The notes under the pieces are model-generated. The model was not told where the DNA came from, ran no database searches, and saw only the letters and a program-made list of their open reading frames with translations. Below, one piece after another: positions 13,469 through 27,000 of a DNA stretch of 64,000 bases (position 1 is the first letter of the stretch; each line of letters begins with the position of its first letter). Source of the stretch: Hamiltosporidium tvaerminnensis FI-OER-3-3 (Eukaryota > Fungi > Microsporidia); assembly GCA_022605425.2 (NCBI GenBank), contig JAKIMF020000001.1, forward strand, positions 1,984,001 to 2,048,000, in the 5' to 3' direction. The position numbers and the translations under genes are program-made.

Positions 13469-13723
13469 TTTGTGAGACCATATAGGAAGTTAATAAGAAA
13501 GTTTAATGAATAGATTATGAGATGGGATATGTGTTAGTAAAGAGCTTAAACTCTTTGGTTCTTCCGTTCTTTTTTTTTTAATTTATATCTCAGAGTTTAT
13601 AATTTCCTTTTTATCTTTTTTTTTTGATTTTTAGTTATTTTTAGAACTTTGATATGTGTTTTATTGTTTTCATGACATTAGGAAATTCTATGTTTAATAT
13701 AGATGATTGCTTATACGGATTTA

Positions 13724-13937
13724 GGGAGGATAACCACATAAAAAACATCTAACTTTTTCGTATGAAAAAAACCACACAATTTTGCAGTTCATCTTTTCCT
13801 CATACAAATTTTATGAAATGGTCAAAGATTAGCCTGTTTATCATTCGTATCAAAAATCCAAGCAATAATTTACTTATAACCCATACATAAAAGTTACCAA
13901 GCAGATGCTTTTATTTATATGTGATTATCCCACATCC
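13724..13937. mobile_element. MITE-like element (~210 bp) with imperfect TIRs
   Basis: Left end 'gggaggataaccacataaaaaacatct'. The right end reverse-complements to 'gggataatcacatataaataaaagcatct'. Homologous segments lie at 32132, ~56040 and ~59930. Confidence 0.65.
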
Positions 13938-14388
13938 ACCTTTAAATAAATTATTTTTTTTAAAAGAATGAAAACATTGATTTCCTACAAAAAGATAAAG
14001 TGTCAATATATTAGAAATTTCAAACGAAGAACATATTTATTACGAATAGTAAATTGTTTATATTATGAATAAGAAAAATTTGCTTTTGGTTACAGACCGT
14101 TTAATTTCAGCCCTTAAAATTTAATGAGACACACCTTAAAAAGGGTAACAAAGCTCCAAGTCACATATAGACTGTCTGTCATACATATTGAAAAGAAGTA
14201 GCTAATAAGAAATTTTAATAAATTTTATTAGAAAACTTATTATATCCATACTTCTGTTTTTTCTACAGATTAAATCTAAATATTGACTAAAAATGAAAAA
14301 TACCGTAAAATTTAAATTTAAATTCTTAAAACCTATAATTTACATATAATTTTAAAAGGCACAAATTTATTTAAATATTTTCGAAGCC

Positions 14389-16716
14389 CTAACTCCCCCT
14401 ACTTTGTAACAATATTTTCTTATTAACTTTCTCTTCAATAAATTTCATAGTTTCTGCTGCTAAATTTTCCTCTTCATCAATATATTTCAGTTCAATGTAA
14501 CCTTCATTATTAAACAAAAATTCATACCGACCGTAAGTCATTTCCTGTATATTACACCTCAAAAATATGATAAATCTAATTTTCTTTAAATTTGCAATAA
14601 ATATTAAATCTTTTTCTGATATATTTATTTGAACTAACTCCATTCTTTCTATTTTGTATTCTTGGTTAGCGCAAAATAATTCTGAAAAACTAATATTTTT
14701 AAACTTAATACAATATATATTAAATTCTACTAGACTCAATAAATTACATAATGCTTTTACATCTGAATTATCGATGGAAAACGCTCTGATAATTAGTTTC
14801 TTTATACTGCTAATATCATAGTTTTGAAATAAAAAATTTAAAGGACTTGGAGATGATTCCAAATCTGCTTTAGCTTTACTTGTGGCTTTAAAATCAAATT
14901 TTTCATTCATAGCTAGATTTTGCAATAAATCAATCATTTCATCAATATCCCAAAGATCTAACTCTGTAATATAAAAAATTTGATTGAAAAAACGGTTTAA
15001 CTTTATAATATTTCGTTTAGTAAAGTATATTTCTTGAAGACCTATCATCATATCTATCAACTTTGAAAAAATCAAATAACAATTATTGCGCTTTATAGCC
15101 CGGAAGTTAAAATATTTTATAGATTCGTTTCTATAAATTTCATTTTCAATATATATATTTGAATAATTTATTTCTAATCTTTCTAGCCCTTTTATATTTA
15201 AAATATCTTTTAAAAAATCAGATTTTATTTCAGAATATAAAATTTTAATAGATTTTATATTTTCTTCTAAAATAGTATTTTCAGTAGTAAAAAACCGTTT
15301 ATCATTTAAGTCTTTAAAAGTAATATAAATATTATTAAAACCCCCTTTATACTCATAAAAACATTTGACATCCAAATTCTTATTTTCGAATTCAGAATAT
15401 CGATTAATTTTAAATTTACCTTTAAAGTTATTTTCATTAAGTAACTTTAAATAAAAATCTTTATTTTTTTTTCGTATATAATTGATTTCATTGATAGATT
15501 CTTTAAGTTGATATTGTTGGTATTTATACTTCAGACTTTTTATTATAAACTCGGCTATATTAAGATCCTTTGCTTCGAATTCAGGAACTGTATATCTTTT
15601 ATAAGAATGATTTTCACAAAATATGAATTCCTCTATTTTACTTAAATGCTCTGTAAATATGAAAACTGTATCAAATTCAGATTCAATAAAAACCATCTTT
15701 TTTACATTTTTAAAATTTAAATTTGCATTTAGAGAACAAATGACATCATCATATATGTAACATTTGAAGAATACAATCTCATCAACCATGTTTTTTAAAT
15801 TTTGTAAAATAAAACACGAACTCTTCATATTCGCTCTATATAAATACCTTATATGCAAATATTTTATATCTAATGTATTTAGAAAAATTAAAAATAAACA
15901 TTGACTTTTATGATTCACAACCACTTTTTTGTCAAAAAATGTATTAAATTCGTAATTAATTACTAAAGTATGTTTTTTATCATCTGTAAATAACCCTTTA
16001 TATTCATCAGAAATATCATATTCATGTTCTTTTATAAAAAACGAAAATTTTAAATCTTTTCCGTTATTCAGTAGTTTACAAAATTCATGTAATATTTCTT
16101 TTACTAAATCCCGTGAAAAATAGTCTTGCCCGGTAAAATGAAACAATTCTTTTTCAATATCAAAAATTTGCATTTCATCAGATTGCACTAAAGAACACCA
16201 AATATTTTTTACCGCATTCCTAAATTTATTATCACATTCAACTCTAAAATATTCTAAAAAATATAATATTGTATAAAACTTCTCAATTGTCATTTCATGT
16301 ACCGGAAAATAATATGAAATTATAAACTCATAGAATATTAAAAAATCAGATTTCTTTATATGATGACAGAGATATATTTCTATATTATTGTTTATTTTGT
16401 TAAACTTTTCGAATATATCAAACTTAAGACCAATTCTCTCAATAAATTCTATACAATACTGTTCATATTGCCTATTTGAATCTCTGACAAGCATTCTTTC
16501 CAAACATTTTTTTTCGTCATTTTCATTAGTCTCATCTCTTTTGATTTGACATAGACATTCGGGTTTGTGTTCATTATTAATTGAATCCATGTCCGACTCT
16601 TCATTTTCCTTTACAACATTAAATATAATATTTCTTTCACTCGAATGATCGATAAACACAAAAATAAGTGGTTTGTATAATAACGTTATCAGATTGAAGC
16701 AGAGATTAAATTTCAT
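14389..16716 (-). CDS. 775-aa divergent leucine-rich-repeat-like protein of a lineage-expanded microsporidian family; hydrophobic N-terminus
   Basis: Long intact ORF with LRR-like spacing (IKSIKILYSEI, LERLEINYSNI, IKKLIIRAFSI, IERMELVQINI). Related in style to the 32.9-35.3 kb pseudogene. Confidence 0.8.
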   Translation of the reverse strand: MKFNLCFNLITLLYKPLIFVFIDHSSERNIIFNVVKENEESDMDSINNEHKPECLCQIKRDETNENDEKKCLERMLVRDSNRQYEQYCIEFIERIGLKFDIFEKFNKINNNIEIYLCHHIKKSDFLIFYEFIISYYFPVHEMTIEKFYTILYFLEYFRVECDNKFRNAVKNIWCSLVQSDEMQIFDIEKELFHFTGQDYFSRDLVKEILHEFCKLLNNGKDLKFSFFIKEHEYDISDEYKGLFTDDKKHTLVINYEFNTFFDKKVVVNHKSQCLFLIFLNTLDIKYLHIRYLYRANMKSSCFILQNLKNMVDEIVFFKCYIYDDVICSLNANLNFKNVKKMVFIESEFDTVFIFTEHLSKIEEFIFCENHSYKRYTVPEFEAKDLNIAEFIIKSLKYKYQQYQLKESINEINYIRKKNKDFYLKLLNENNFKGKFKINRYSEFENKNLDVKCFYEYKGGFNNIYITFKDLNDKRFFTTENTILEENIKSIKILYSEIKSDFLKDILNIKGLERLEINYSNIYIENEIYRNESIKYFNFRAIKRNNCYLIFSKLIDMMIGLQEIYFTKRNIIKLNRFFNQIFYITELDLWDIDEMIDLLQNLAMNEKFDFKATSKAKADLESSPSPLNFLFQNYDISSIKKLIIRAFSIDNSDVKALCNLLSLVEFNIYCIKFKNISFSELFCANQEYKIERMELVQINISEKDLIFIANLKKIRFIIFLRCNIQEMTYGRYEFLFNNEGYIELKYIDEEENLAAETMKFIEEKVNKKILLQSRGS

Positions 16717-18495
16717 AAATTTTTAAAAAAAAATACGTATTTATAGTTTTAAAATCAATTTACTATTTTAGTTTTTAGTTAAAAATTTTGATTTTTTTCA
16801 AAAAACGTCAAAAATGATTTGTCCTATAAATCTCAATTAATCAAAATTTTATAAAATGTTTTAGAAGTTTGTAAATTAAAAGGAGTAAGTATGAACAATT
16901 GTTGGTATTTCTAAACGTCAAATTTTATTGAATAAAAATACTATTTTTAGAATTTAAATGAACGAATATTTTTTTCGACGTTGACCCTTTTTTGTAGTTT
17001 AAAGAATCAATAATTGACTGTTACTTAGATATCAGTTAAGTTTTATATTACTAATTAAACAAAAATTAGATTCTTTTAGTTTTTGAAGAATTTCTCTCGT
17101 TAAAAAATACTAAATTTGATTATTTTTCGAATCAGAATCATATTTCTTAAAATGACAGTTTTCTTTTGTTTGATTTTGTATCCAATGGCAAATAATGGTA
17201 TAAAAAAAGTAAAGAAAGTTGATAAAATGTAATAGTATAGATTGTATGTTCTCGAAACGTAAATTTAACAAATGAATAAAACAAGTCATTGGGAAATATA
17301 CCAAATATATTTTTAAACAAAATTTTAATATTTTTTTTAATGACCTAGTTTTACTAAGAATTTTCTATTTTATTTATATATTAAAAGTATTTTTTCATTT
17401 TTACTCACACCTATAAATTATAAAATTTATATTTGTTTAATTACATTTCTTGAGCTAATTGGAATTCTGCAATTATTATGTTATTAGGACATGTTTTCGA
17501 GAAGTAAAATTCGTTAATTAAAACAAAATTTTAAATGCTTTTGTTAGCGTTCGAAGATTTTAGTGAAGAGAAATCTAAAATACGATTATAAAATTAAACA
17601 GCAAACCCAAACAAAACGGGATAAGAATGTCAACGAAGAAACATTAAAAATATTCGCTATTAAACTTATTATATATAATATAGCCTTGTAAAACTAAGAA
17701 GTATTAATAGACTTGTTCGTATATTCAGAATACTATCTTTTATTAAAACAATTTTCATAAATTCAAGTCTCTGTACGTATAGACAGCTAAAAACTTCTAG
17801 ATATTTGTATTTAAGTGATTTTTTTTAAAAACAATTGTTTATTTTGTGCCAAAAATTAGATGGATAGTAACCAAAGAGCAAAAATCGCCCGAAATGTAAA
17901 CAAATTAAAGATTATTTTTAAAGAAAACATAAAGAAGATTAGGAATTTTAAAATATTATTATGATTTACTTTTATATTGTTAGGTTTAATTTACCATAAA
18001 AGATGCTTATGTTTTGAAAATATTTTAAATTGGACTAGAAAGAACGAGGGATATCACTTTTGTTGATAATTACTTTTTTAACAACTGCTAGATAGTTCAA
18101 TTTTCTTTAAAAAACTAACATAATTTTCTACAGGTAGCATATTTCATATTTTTTTAGATATTGACAGAGTTTTGAGGTTTACTCATGATTGTACTTTAAA
18201 AAAATATCATTATTCCATAAATAACATAAATTATAAATCTTTTAATCTAAAAATCTGTAAAATTAAATAAAAAAACAGGGAAAGTGCCTAAAGTTTGTTA
18301 ATTTTTGTTGCTTTAGTGTTTCCTAGGACCAAATCAAACCTGGGTTCTCCCGGGATTTTAAATCTCTCTTATCACTCTAATAAAAAGGAATCAAATAAAT
18401 TTTTAGCTAAAATATATCTTGGAAGTTTTTATAAGTTTACCAGACGCTGCAAGATCATATCAAAGGGTATAACCTGATACGTGGCTTCACATGTT

Positions 18496-18720
18496 ATCAT
18501 CAACATTCACCCTTGTACGAGCCTTGGCCTTCCTTCTGAATACCGCTCATTGGTTTTTTTCCAGGGGGTTTTTCTACTCTTTCGGGGTTAGTAACAGTGT
18601 AGTTTTAAAAGGTGAGTTGATAGCCTTATGCCTAAAACGGGGGACCGGTCCCTTTTAGTCGCCTCTTACACAAGCAGAGTATACTCTAAGCCAATTCTTT
18701 CCCGGCATGGTGGGGGAAAC
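18496..18720 (-). mobile_element. Short internally deleted RTE-derived non-autonomous element (SIDE/SINE-like), copy 1
   Basis: The 5' half matches RTE 9879-10040 and the 3' half matches RTE 3' ends (12880-12945, 48497-48567). Degenerate TSD gcttcacatgtt (18484-18495) / gctttacatgct (18723-18734). Confidence 0.8.
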
Positions 18721-21700
18721 TAGCTTTACATGCTCTATAAAATATATACTTTTCTGCGTTTCTTTGTCTCTCTTTCTCCTAATCTAAAAGAGGAAGGCTA
18801 GGTCTCTATGCTTATACATTATAATTATCATAAAGTTCAATGGTTTTCTTCATTTTATTTTTATAAAAAAAATACAAACTATGCTTTTAGAAAAAAGTTT
18901 TAGCATTTTGTAGACTTTCTCCTCTTTATAGTTTTTTATAAAATACCGAATATTAAGTGTGATTATCATTCTAAAAGAAATCTTTAGATATCATTTTTGC
19001 ATTATTCAAATACAAATTTCATCAGAGTGTTTTTAAAAGTGTTTTTCTCGACACAATCTTAAAAATAATATAAATATTTTTCTAAAATAGTAAGAAGAAG
19101 ATAAATATTTGTGTATAGCTTACACGAAATTATTATAAAAAACCCAAAATTAAGGGTTTTTTGCTGTTTTCTTATAAAAAAAGGAATATCTTTGCGAATG
19201 ATTTTTTTATTCATTCTATTTCTTTTAACACTTGCTCCATTGTTCTTAAGCTAGGTGGTTTTTATTTTATTCTTATATTTGATTAAAAATGAATGGTAAC
19301 CCAATAGCATCAGAATAAACGTTTTTTTTGCATGATTTAACAAGAAAACGACACTAAAGACTGGTTTTTTATAAATTCTTATATTGACTTGCAAGTACGC
19401 AATTCGACTAGTATTTAACCTGATGATAAATAAAATGCATTTTCTCCTGCTTGGCTTCATATTTCTGGTTTTCAGATCTAAAGTCTGGGGTTTTGATTAA
19501 TATGCTAGGCTGTTCGTGCTTATCAAAAAAATAACATAGCATTATGGGTTAGTTATTTTTTAAACAGATTTTTATCATTACCTGCAATAGAAATTATTGT
19601 ATAATATTAAATTATAAAAAAAAGTTTTGTGGCTTTGAGTCTTAGGAGATATAAAGATCACTTCTTAATGAACTTTACGTTGTGTTAGTTGCTCTTCAAC
19701 TGCTAAATAAACGCTCCTTTATTTTTTTAGTTAAAATCTAATAGTGTACCTTACTGTGATCTCGTTTTATTTTTATATATGGTTGTTTCTTTCTTTATAG
19801 ATGGAATACGATCCACGGGGAATTAGAGCTTTGTTAAGGGTAGGCGCACCGAAGACATGTCTTCTTTTGATTGGCAAGGCTTCGGCAAAACATAAACTTT
19901 CTTTTTAAAAGATTAAGAGCGTATTACCATGAAACAAACCTGCATTTCATAAACAAATTTTGATATTCTATCTAGCTAATGCGTTGTATTTTCTTATTTC
20001 CCTAATTTAATTTAATATTCGTACCGAGAAAACAAAATAGATAATGAATACAGAAAGGAAAAACAGAAGTGGTGTTGTTTTTGCTTTATGTAGTAATACC
20101 AATTTTTGTCTGAGGAAACTACATATCTCGCGAATCAATAGTATCAAATGCTTCTTCTTAAACTAATCATAATCTGAATCTCGGAATAGTCTGTAGATTT
20201 TAGGAACAAAATTTCAAGCTTAAAAACGAGGACGTAAATTTCAATATAATTTATTATAGAAATTAAGAGCTGGACAAGCTGTAAGATACATAAAATTTTT
20301 ATGTAACAATAATTTTTTGGAAAACATGGTAAACTAATTTAAGAACTAGAATTATTTAAATCTTATCAAAGAAGAAATCTTGGGGATATTGCCTTGAAGG
20401 GTTCAATACATTTTAAATGATTTTTTTATCTCCAAACACAGTAGCAAGAAGATTTATGGACATTACATTCGATATAAATCAGACCCTCGGATAGTTTTAT
20501 TTGGCTCTGGATGTGCTAAATGATATTTCAAATATTACTGAAAAATTATTTATTCGAAAATTTTATTGACAAATGGAAGGTTTATAAAGAACCATTAGAT
20601 GTTTTTAGTATTCAAAGCACGGCCAATAGACAAGATATTTACGATCAAGTCGAAAAATCATAGAAGGTGATATTCAAATTATATTACAACTAAATAAGGA
20701 AAGATATAATGCGAGGAAATATGTTTTTGTTACTCTTATATTTTCAATCAGGAGATTAAGGTAATTCAAAATCATTTATAATACATTTATTATTTCTAAA
20801 AAATCGTTATATGGAGTATACTTGAAATTGTCACGGCTTATATACCCGTCATTTAACCTTCAACTATATAGAATTGCACGTACTTAAAACTTGTCAATTA
20901 CGTGAGTAAATTTGGGAAATTTCCGAAGATGATTTACAACAGACTAGTTCAGTTCGCTAACTTGCCGTACAAACATTTATATGCAGTTTTAAAGTTATTG
21001 CAATCATTGAAATTTTTTCTGAAATGACTCAGCTTCTTTCTGATTCACAAAGCAATAAATGAGTATGGAAGTTGTTTTTTTGTACGGATTAATCTGAATT
21101 ATTGAAGCATTTTAATTTTAAATCTCAAAGAAATAAAAAAAAGACAGAACCCGAATTTTGAATCATATTTAAAAATTCTATCAAAATAGTCTTCTTTACG
21201 CGAAGGCTCGAACAAATTTCTTATTCATTTGAATAGGTGCGCAATATTTAGCGAAAAAAAATAAAGCTGTTTATAAGACGTGTAATAAAAACTTTAGATA
21301 CTTTGAAAATATATTTTGATGTAGTTTTTCTTGTTTCATTTTGCAAAAAAATCATATTTAAATTCTTTAAATCTCTTTTCGGCTGATCTTGAAAGGCAAG
21401 TACCGGAGTTTAATTGTAAGTAATAGATATGCAATGCACAAGTGCTTTTTTAAAAAATAATTGAATTCAAAATTAATTGAATTTTATAAGAGTCTTTCCG
21501 CTTCGTATTTACACTAAGTTCATACATTTTCTCGAGGTTTTATTTACGCTTTTAACAAAATCTATCTATTTGAAGAAACATTCCTTAAAATAAAATATAC
21601 AAAAATGTTGAAAGCTAAATAAGAAACAAACACTTGGTTTTTTTATTGATTATTTCTCCAATAAATTTAACTGAATTTCTTATAGCTTGGGGAACTCCTT

Positions 21701-21904
21701 AACTATATCAATTTCTAAAAAAAATATGCTATTATTATTTGTTATTATATTTTTTGACTTGAAATGATGAAAAATATGATTAATTGTTTAAAAAATGTAG
21801 AAAACCATATAAATTCTCTTTTATTACAACTTCTTCATAAAAATACCCAAATATTTTCTTTCTTTGTATAAATTTTTGTATTTATTTCATTTTGTTGTGT
21901 ATTG

Positions 21905-23718
21905 ATCTATGGAGCCGAAAGCTTAATGAAAAAAACCCAAAGATGACATTAAAGACATATGCAGAATCTCGTGAGGCTAATAATATTATTATTTGATGAT
22001 CTCTGATCCCTGAAAAAGATGAACAAACATTTTAGAAAATGACGGAAGAGGTGAATGAAAAATATACGATTAGAAATAAACAAAGAGAAATCGGCTACAA
22101 AAAACCCGTGTTTTAAAGATACAGCCACTCTTTTTCAATGAAAAGGTTATTAAAAATACTTAAGAACAAAGGAAAATAGCAGAGGAATCCCAAGAAGTAT
22201 GTCGTTCGAGGAAGTACAATAAAACATAAAGCACAAGTAGAAAAACTTTTTCGCAACAAAATTGAATGCTAAAAATTTTTTTTCTACAAAATATCAACAT
22301 CCGATATCACCAACCCACTGCCAAATAAAAGTGCCTTCTCTTGAACAACTTACTTCTTTAAGTTAGATTATGCAATGCGTGCACTGCTAGTACAGAATAA
22401 ATACATCTACGCCTAGGATGTAAATAACGTCTATACCTTTTCCGTAAAGAACTATGAAGAAGTTTATATAGTGTAGACTTTAAAAGCGAATATGCTTTTG
22501 CAACACTTGGATTGCCTTGAAAAACATAAAAATACATCGACCAGAAGAGCAGCAATCATAAAGGTTGAAAATAATTATAAAACCCACTTTTCACTAAAAA
22601 AACTTTTCAAAAATTAAATTCGAGTTGGAAGAAAAAGTCACAAAGAAGAATTTGGAAGAAGCTAGACTAGCTACCCTATATACCGAAATCAAAAACTGAA
22701 AAATACATTTAATGTTATAAAGCTAGTGATAACGAGCTGCTAAGTGTAAATTACTCTTCAAGAGGGTTAAAGAAAGGAAGTATAAGACAATCTGATCAAG
22801 CAGTGTTCTGTTCTATATAAGATAGAAGTAGATTGCCGGAGTGCTGAAGGTATTTCACACGCAGCAACTAAATCTGTTTAACGGTAAACTACTTAACAAC
22901 AAGATGTGAGAAAAAGCTAGAGTGACTATACTAGACCACATAATGAAGTTGCACAATGCAAATACTTACTCCTATTATATAAATATTAATTCAAGTCTTT
23001 AAAACAAATTATGAGTCTTTCGATATAAAAATTTTTTTGATAATGAGCATGCAGAGGTAAAAGTGAACACTAGAATAAAAACAGATGTCAAGATTGGTGT
23101 AACAGACCCGATATATTTATGTGAGACAAGAGACAGAATAAGATAACCCTCATTAAGGCAGGAATCTCATCTAAAACTTTCTTTAAATAGTTGAAAAGGA
23201 GAAACTTAAGAAGTTCGAACTATTAGCAAATAAGTTCGCCATCGTTCATAAATGTAGTGTAGAGATAATTCCTTATGTGATGACTTGGAACTGTATTGGA
23301 ACAAAATACCATAAGATGTTGTTAAAAGACTACAAATACCTATGAATGTAGAGGCAGGTATACAATCTATAGTACTCAAAAAGACTGTCGAAAAAATTTC
23401 TTTTTGTCGACGATGAGGAAGTGAATACGGGCTAAATGCCGAAGAGAGCTAGGAAAAAGCATCATTAGGTGTTATTTAAGGAGCTACGATGCAATAAAAA
23501 CCAACACATCCTTTAAAGCAAGTAGACAACGAGGAAGATGGTGTTAAAACGGAAATTAGAAAAAGTCTTTTACCCCTTATTTTAGATAGCATAATCACAG
23601 CAGAGGAACACAATTAATGCAGATGAAAACTCGGATTTAGAAGAAAAGATGGAAGTGGTTGAAATAGGTAAAATAATTATTTAAAAGATAAAATTAGTTA
23701 ACCCAGAATTTTATTGTA
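21905..23718 (+). mobile_element. Old 5'-truncated copy of the RLE non-LTR element
   Basis: Degenerate match from RKLNEK through LEINKEKSA, RPDIFI and IIPYVMTW to the family 3' end 'ttaacccagaattttatt'. Confidence 0.85.
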
Positions 23719-24489
23719 TAAATGTATATCTCAAATTACTTTATTATAAAAATAATTTAGGACAAACCTAATTTGCTTATTATATTCTAAGTTAGTATCG
23801 AATTTTATCAATTAATGTCTTTTGAATATACGTCGTTCAAATTTACTTATTTTATTTATGTAGAAAGAAATACAATATTTTTTTATCAAGTACAAATTAT
23901 AAAAAATAATCTCTAAATAAAATATTAGGTAATCGATCGGTATTGGGTGGAGGTTTATTGTAAGAGTTTACGTGATTTGTTGGCAAACCAACCAAATAAG
24001 TTCATTTTATATTGAAATCATCCTGTTCTACATATACATTCATTCTGCTAAAATGTAGATTTAGTAAAATTTAGATGTGTATAATCTAATCGAATTACGT
24101 TATAGTTTATTTCAAAAACTATAAAAAGTCAAAAATTGGTTTTTTAAGAGAATATATAAATTGATTTTAGTTTAAAATTTATTTGCTTAAACATTCCATG
24201 GTTGCGTTGGGCTGAAAACTTAACCAATCCAAAGAAAAATCTATTTGGAAAACCTGTTTTTTTGGCAAATTTATGATTCATTCTTGGATTGTGTTTCTTA
24301 CATAAAGAAGAAGCGAGCTATTAAAAAATATGCATGGCGACATATATTTAAATTCGTTTTAAATTATTTCATAAATCAAAAATAAAGACATATTTATTTT
24401 TAATGTTGGAAGGAAATTTAGAAATCCTCAAAAATATTTTTAATTTCAATTTAAAATTTAAACATATATTTATTTGAAATTTTGTAACT

Positions 24490-24756
24490 ATGAATTCTAT
24501 TCTTGCTATGTTCTATTACATAAGTTTTGCAGTTTCGATGGACGTATATTCACTTCTTACGTTTTATGGTAAATCTACACGTACACAAAACAAATTGGAT
24601 TTAAATTATAACAACAATGACTCAGAAAATAACCCAAATATTTCGCGGTTAAACAAACTAAAGAGAGAAATAGATGTTCCGAGGATTATATCTAATATAG
24701 AAAAAATTGAAAAGCAAAAAACGACACCAAAACCCCGTGACTCAACATTTCCTTAG
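24490..24756 (+). CDS. Small hypothetical protein with a signal-peptide-like N-terminus
   Basis: ATG-initiated 88-aa ORF in an AT-rich context. MNSILAMFYYISFAVS is followed by a hydrophilic body. Confidence 0.4.
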   Translation: MNSILAMFYYISFAVSMDVYSLLTFYGKSTRTQNKLDLNYNNNDSENNPNISRLNKLKREIDVPRIISNIEKIEKQKTTPKPRDSTFP

Positions 24757-25994
24757 ATCTTATTAATTCCTATCCTTTTTTTCTCTTGTATAATTAATAA
24801 AGTATATATTGTTTTAATTTTTTTTTTAATTTAAACGTGTTGTTACTTACCAACTTATTGCTCAATGGCTTAGAGCTGACTTAGAGATTGAACCATGTTT
24901 TCTAAAACTTCTACTTTTTGTGATCATTAGACTGTAATATTCGTTTATTACCAAGGATATTGTGATTTTTATATTTCCTTATGCAAGTAATTTTTGTACG
25001 AAAATAAAGTCGTCGACAGTCGAAATAACACTTTAAGTTATTTTTAATACTCGAATTTCGGACGTTTTTAAATATAGCACATCTGATATCTGGTTCTTTC
25101 GACCTCGTTTACAAATTTGAAATTTCATAGTATTTTTGAAACCGATATTCCCGCAGGTTCTCAGTCATCTTATTAGGTTATTGCTAATTCCTACATATAA
25201 TTAAAGATGGTTTACCATACATCCTTCGTCGCTTCGTTACGTTTTGCGAATTTCTATGCCTTACAAGCATGTATTCCTATGTCTAAGAAAGGCTTGATAT
25301 ATGTCTTGGCTACCATCGTTTAATTGTGACAACCGATTTGCAATTTAGAGTAGGTTCATGTATGCGAGTAATACTAGATAAAGTCTTTACTTTTCCTGTG
25401 CAGTTGTAGTTATAATTCTTTTTGAGATACCTAGATACTATCCGATTAGATGGTTTCTAAACAATACTTACGGTGTTTAGGTAGTGTTAATAACTGGTTA
25501 ATCACATAAACGTGCCTTTATTCATTTATTTAGACCAATTTTTTTCATATGTGCTCTACTTATTTCTTTTCAAGCATCGCCTGAATTTCTCACTATTCTA
25601 CCGATGTTTTGAGGATAGATAAACGACCCTATCTTTTTTTACAGAGTTTCTTTCATGCTATTTCTAAGATTTAAATGGCTTTTTAGAGCTTTAATTTAAG
25701 ACAAACAAAGAATCTCTTTGTATCAAAGCATGGCACTTAACAAACTTTCTGAAACCACCTTTTCTTGCCGAATTTATTTAAAAACTTATTTAATTAGGCA
25801 TTATTATGTTATTTTTCTACGTGGCATACTATATTTGTCACTTTGTTACAATATTCATTTGAAAGGATAAATAAAATATGTCAGTTAACTTCGGATTATT
25901 TCAAAACTTATGAATATTTGCAAAGCTTGGATATCATTGCACCCATATTCTCGATCAAATTTTCACAAGACATGAAACAAATAATAAATTATGT

Positions 25995-27000
25995 TTATAT
26001 TAAATTCTAAATTAACAAATATTCTATCTTTTTTACAATTTTTTTGATCATTTTTAACACCCTCTACTTTTCTTCAAATTATAAAGATTCTTTAAATAGG
26101 CTTGTTCCTCCAAAGATGTTATGACATCTAAAATAAAAAATAAAATATTTTTATGTATTTGCTCGTTTAACACGTCTTTTTTGTTATTCGCTTGCCCTAA
26201 GAAGTTTTTTGATAGTTAAAGAATCTAAGATTTAAAAATGCAACTTTATGGCTCACTTTAATAGCTCTCTTCGGAATTTTCTTCTGACTGCTATTCTCTT
26301 TATCTATCAAGGAAAATAGTTTCATTCTCTCTTTATAAGCTTTCGACACAATATATGCTTCATAATTCCTGAAATTTTTAGTCTTCACGCTACTTCTTTT
26401 GGTATTTTTAAACAACACCATTTATGTTATTGAATAGAGGATTACCATAACCTTATATTTATTATGTAATCTAATCTGTTTTTGAAGCGTCAAATTTGTT
26501 CGTTTCTCTGTTAAATCATTTTAAATATGTCTCTAGTTCTTATTTCAATCCATGTGGATCATCTATTTTTGCTCTTATCAAAAATAAATTTCCAAACCCT
26601 TTATTGCAACAATCGATATCTGTTTTATCTGTATTTCTCTTTTCTACCTCTAACTCGTTTTCAAAGAGTCATTCAACGAATTTAGACCTATTTTTTTAGA
26701 AGCTTAATCTATATGCAAATACATACATGCTCGAGATATCTAACTCTTCCTTATGCCGCCGAATATTATTTAAAATGTAATTCTACTACATAATAACTAA
26801 TCAATAATTTTTTAATAACTATAAAATTATATCATATTTAACTCATCAATGATAGAAAAAGGTAAGGAATATAAGAACTCTAAAAACAAAACTACTTTTT
26901 TTGAGAAAAAATATTTCTAAACAAATCTTAGTTACCCGTTGCAGATAGATATTTCAAAAATAGAAGTAGTATCTGTCAAAGATTGGTTTAATTTTGATGG
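25995..27000 (-). mobile_element. Highly degenerate 3' portion of an RLE-family element
   Basis: NYEAYIVS resembles NVEAYIQS, and VMVILYSIT resembles VEIIPYVMT. A decayed 3'-end motif is present near 26000. Confidence 0.55.
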
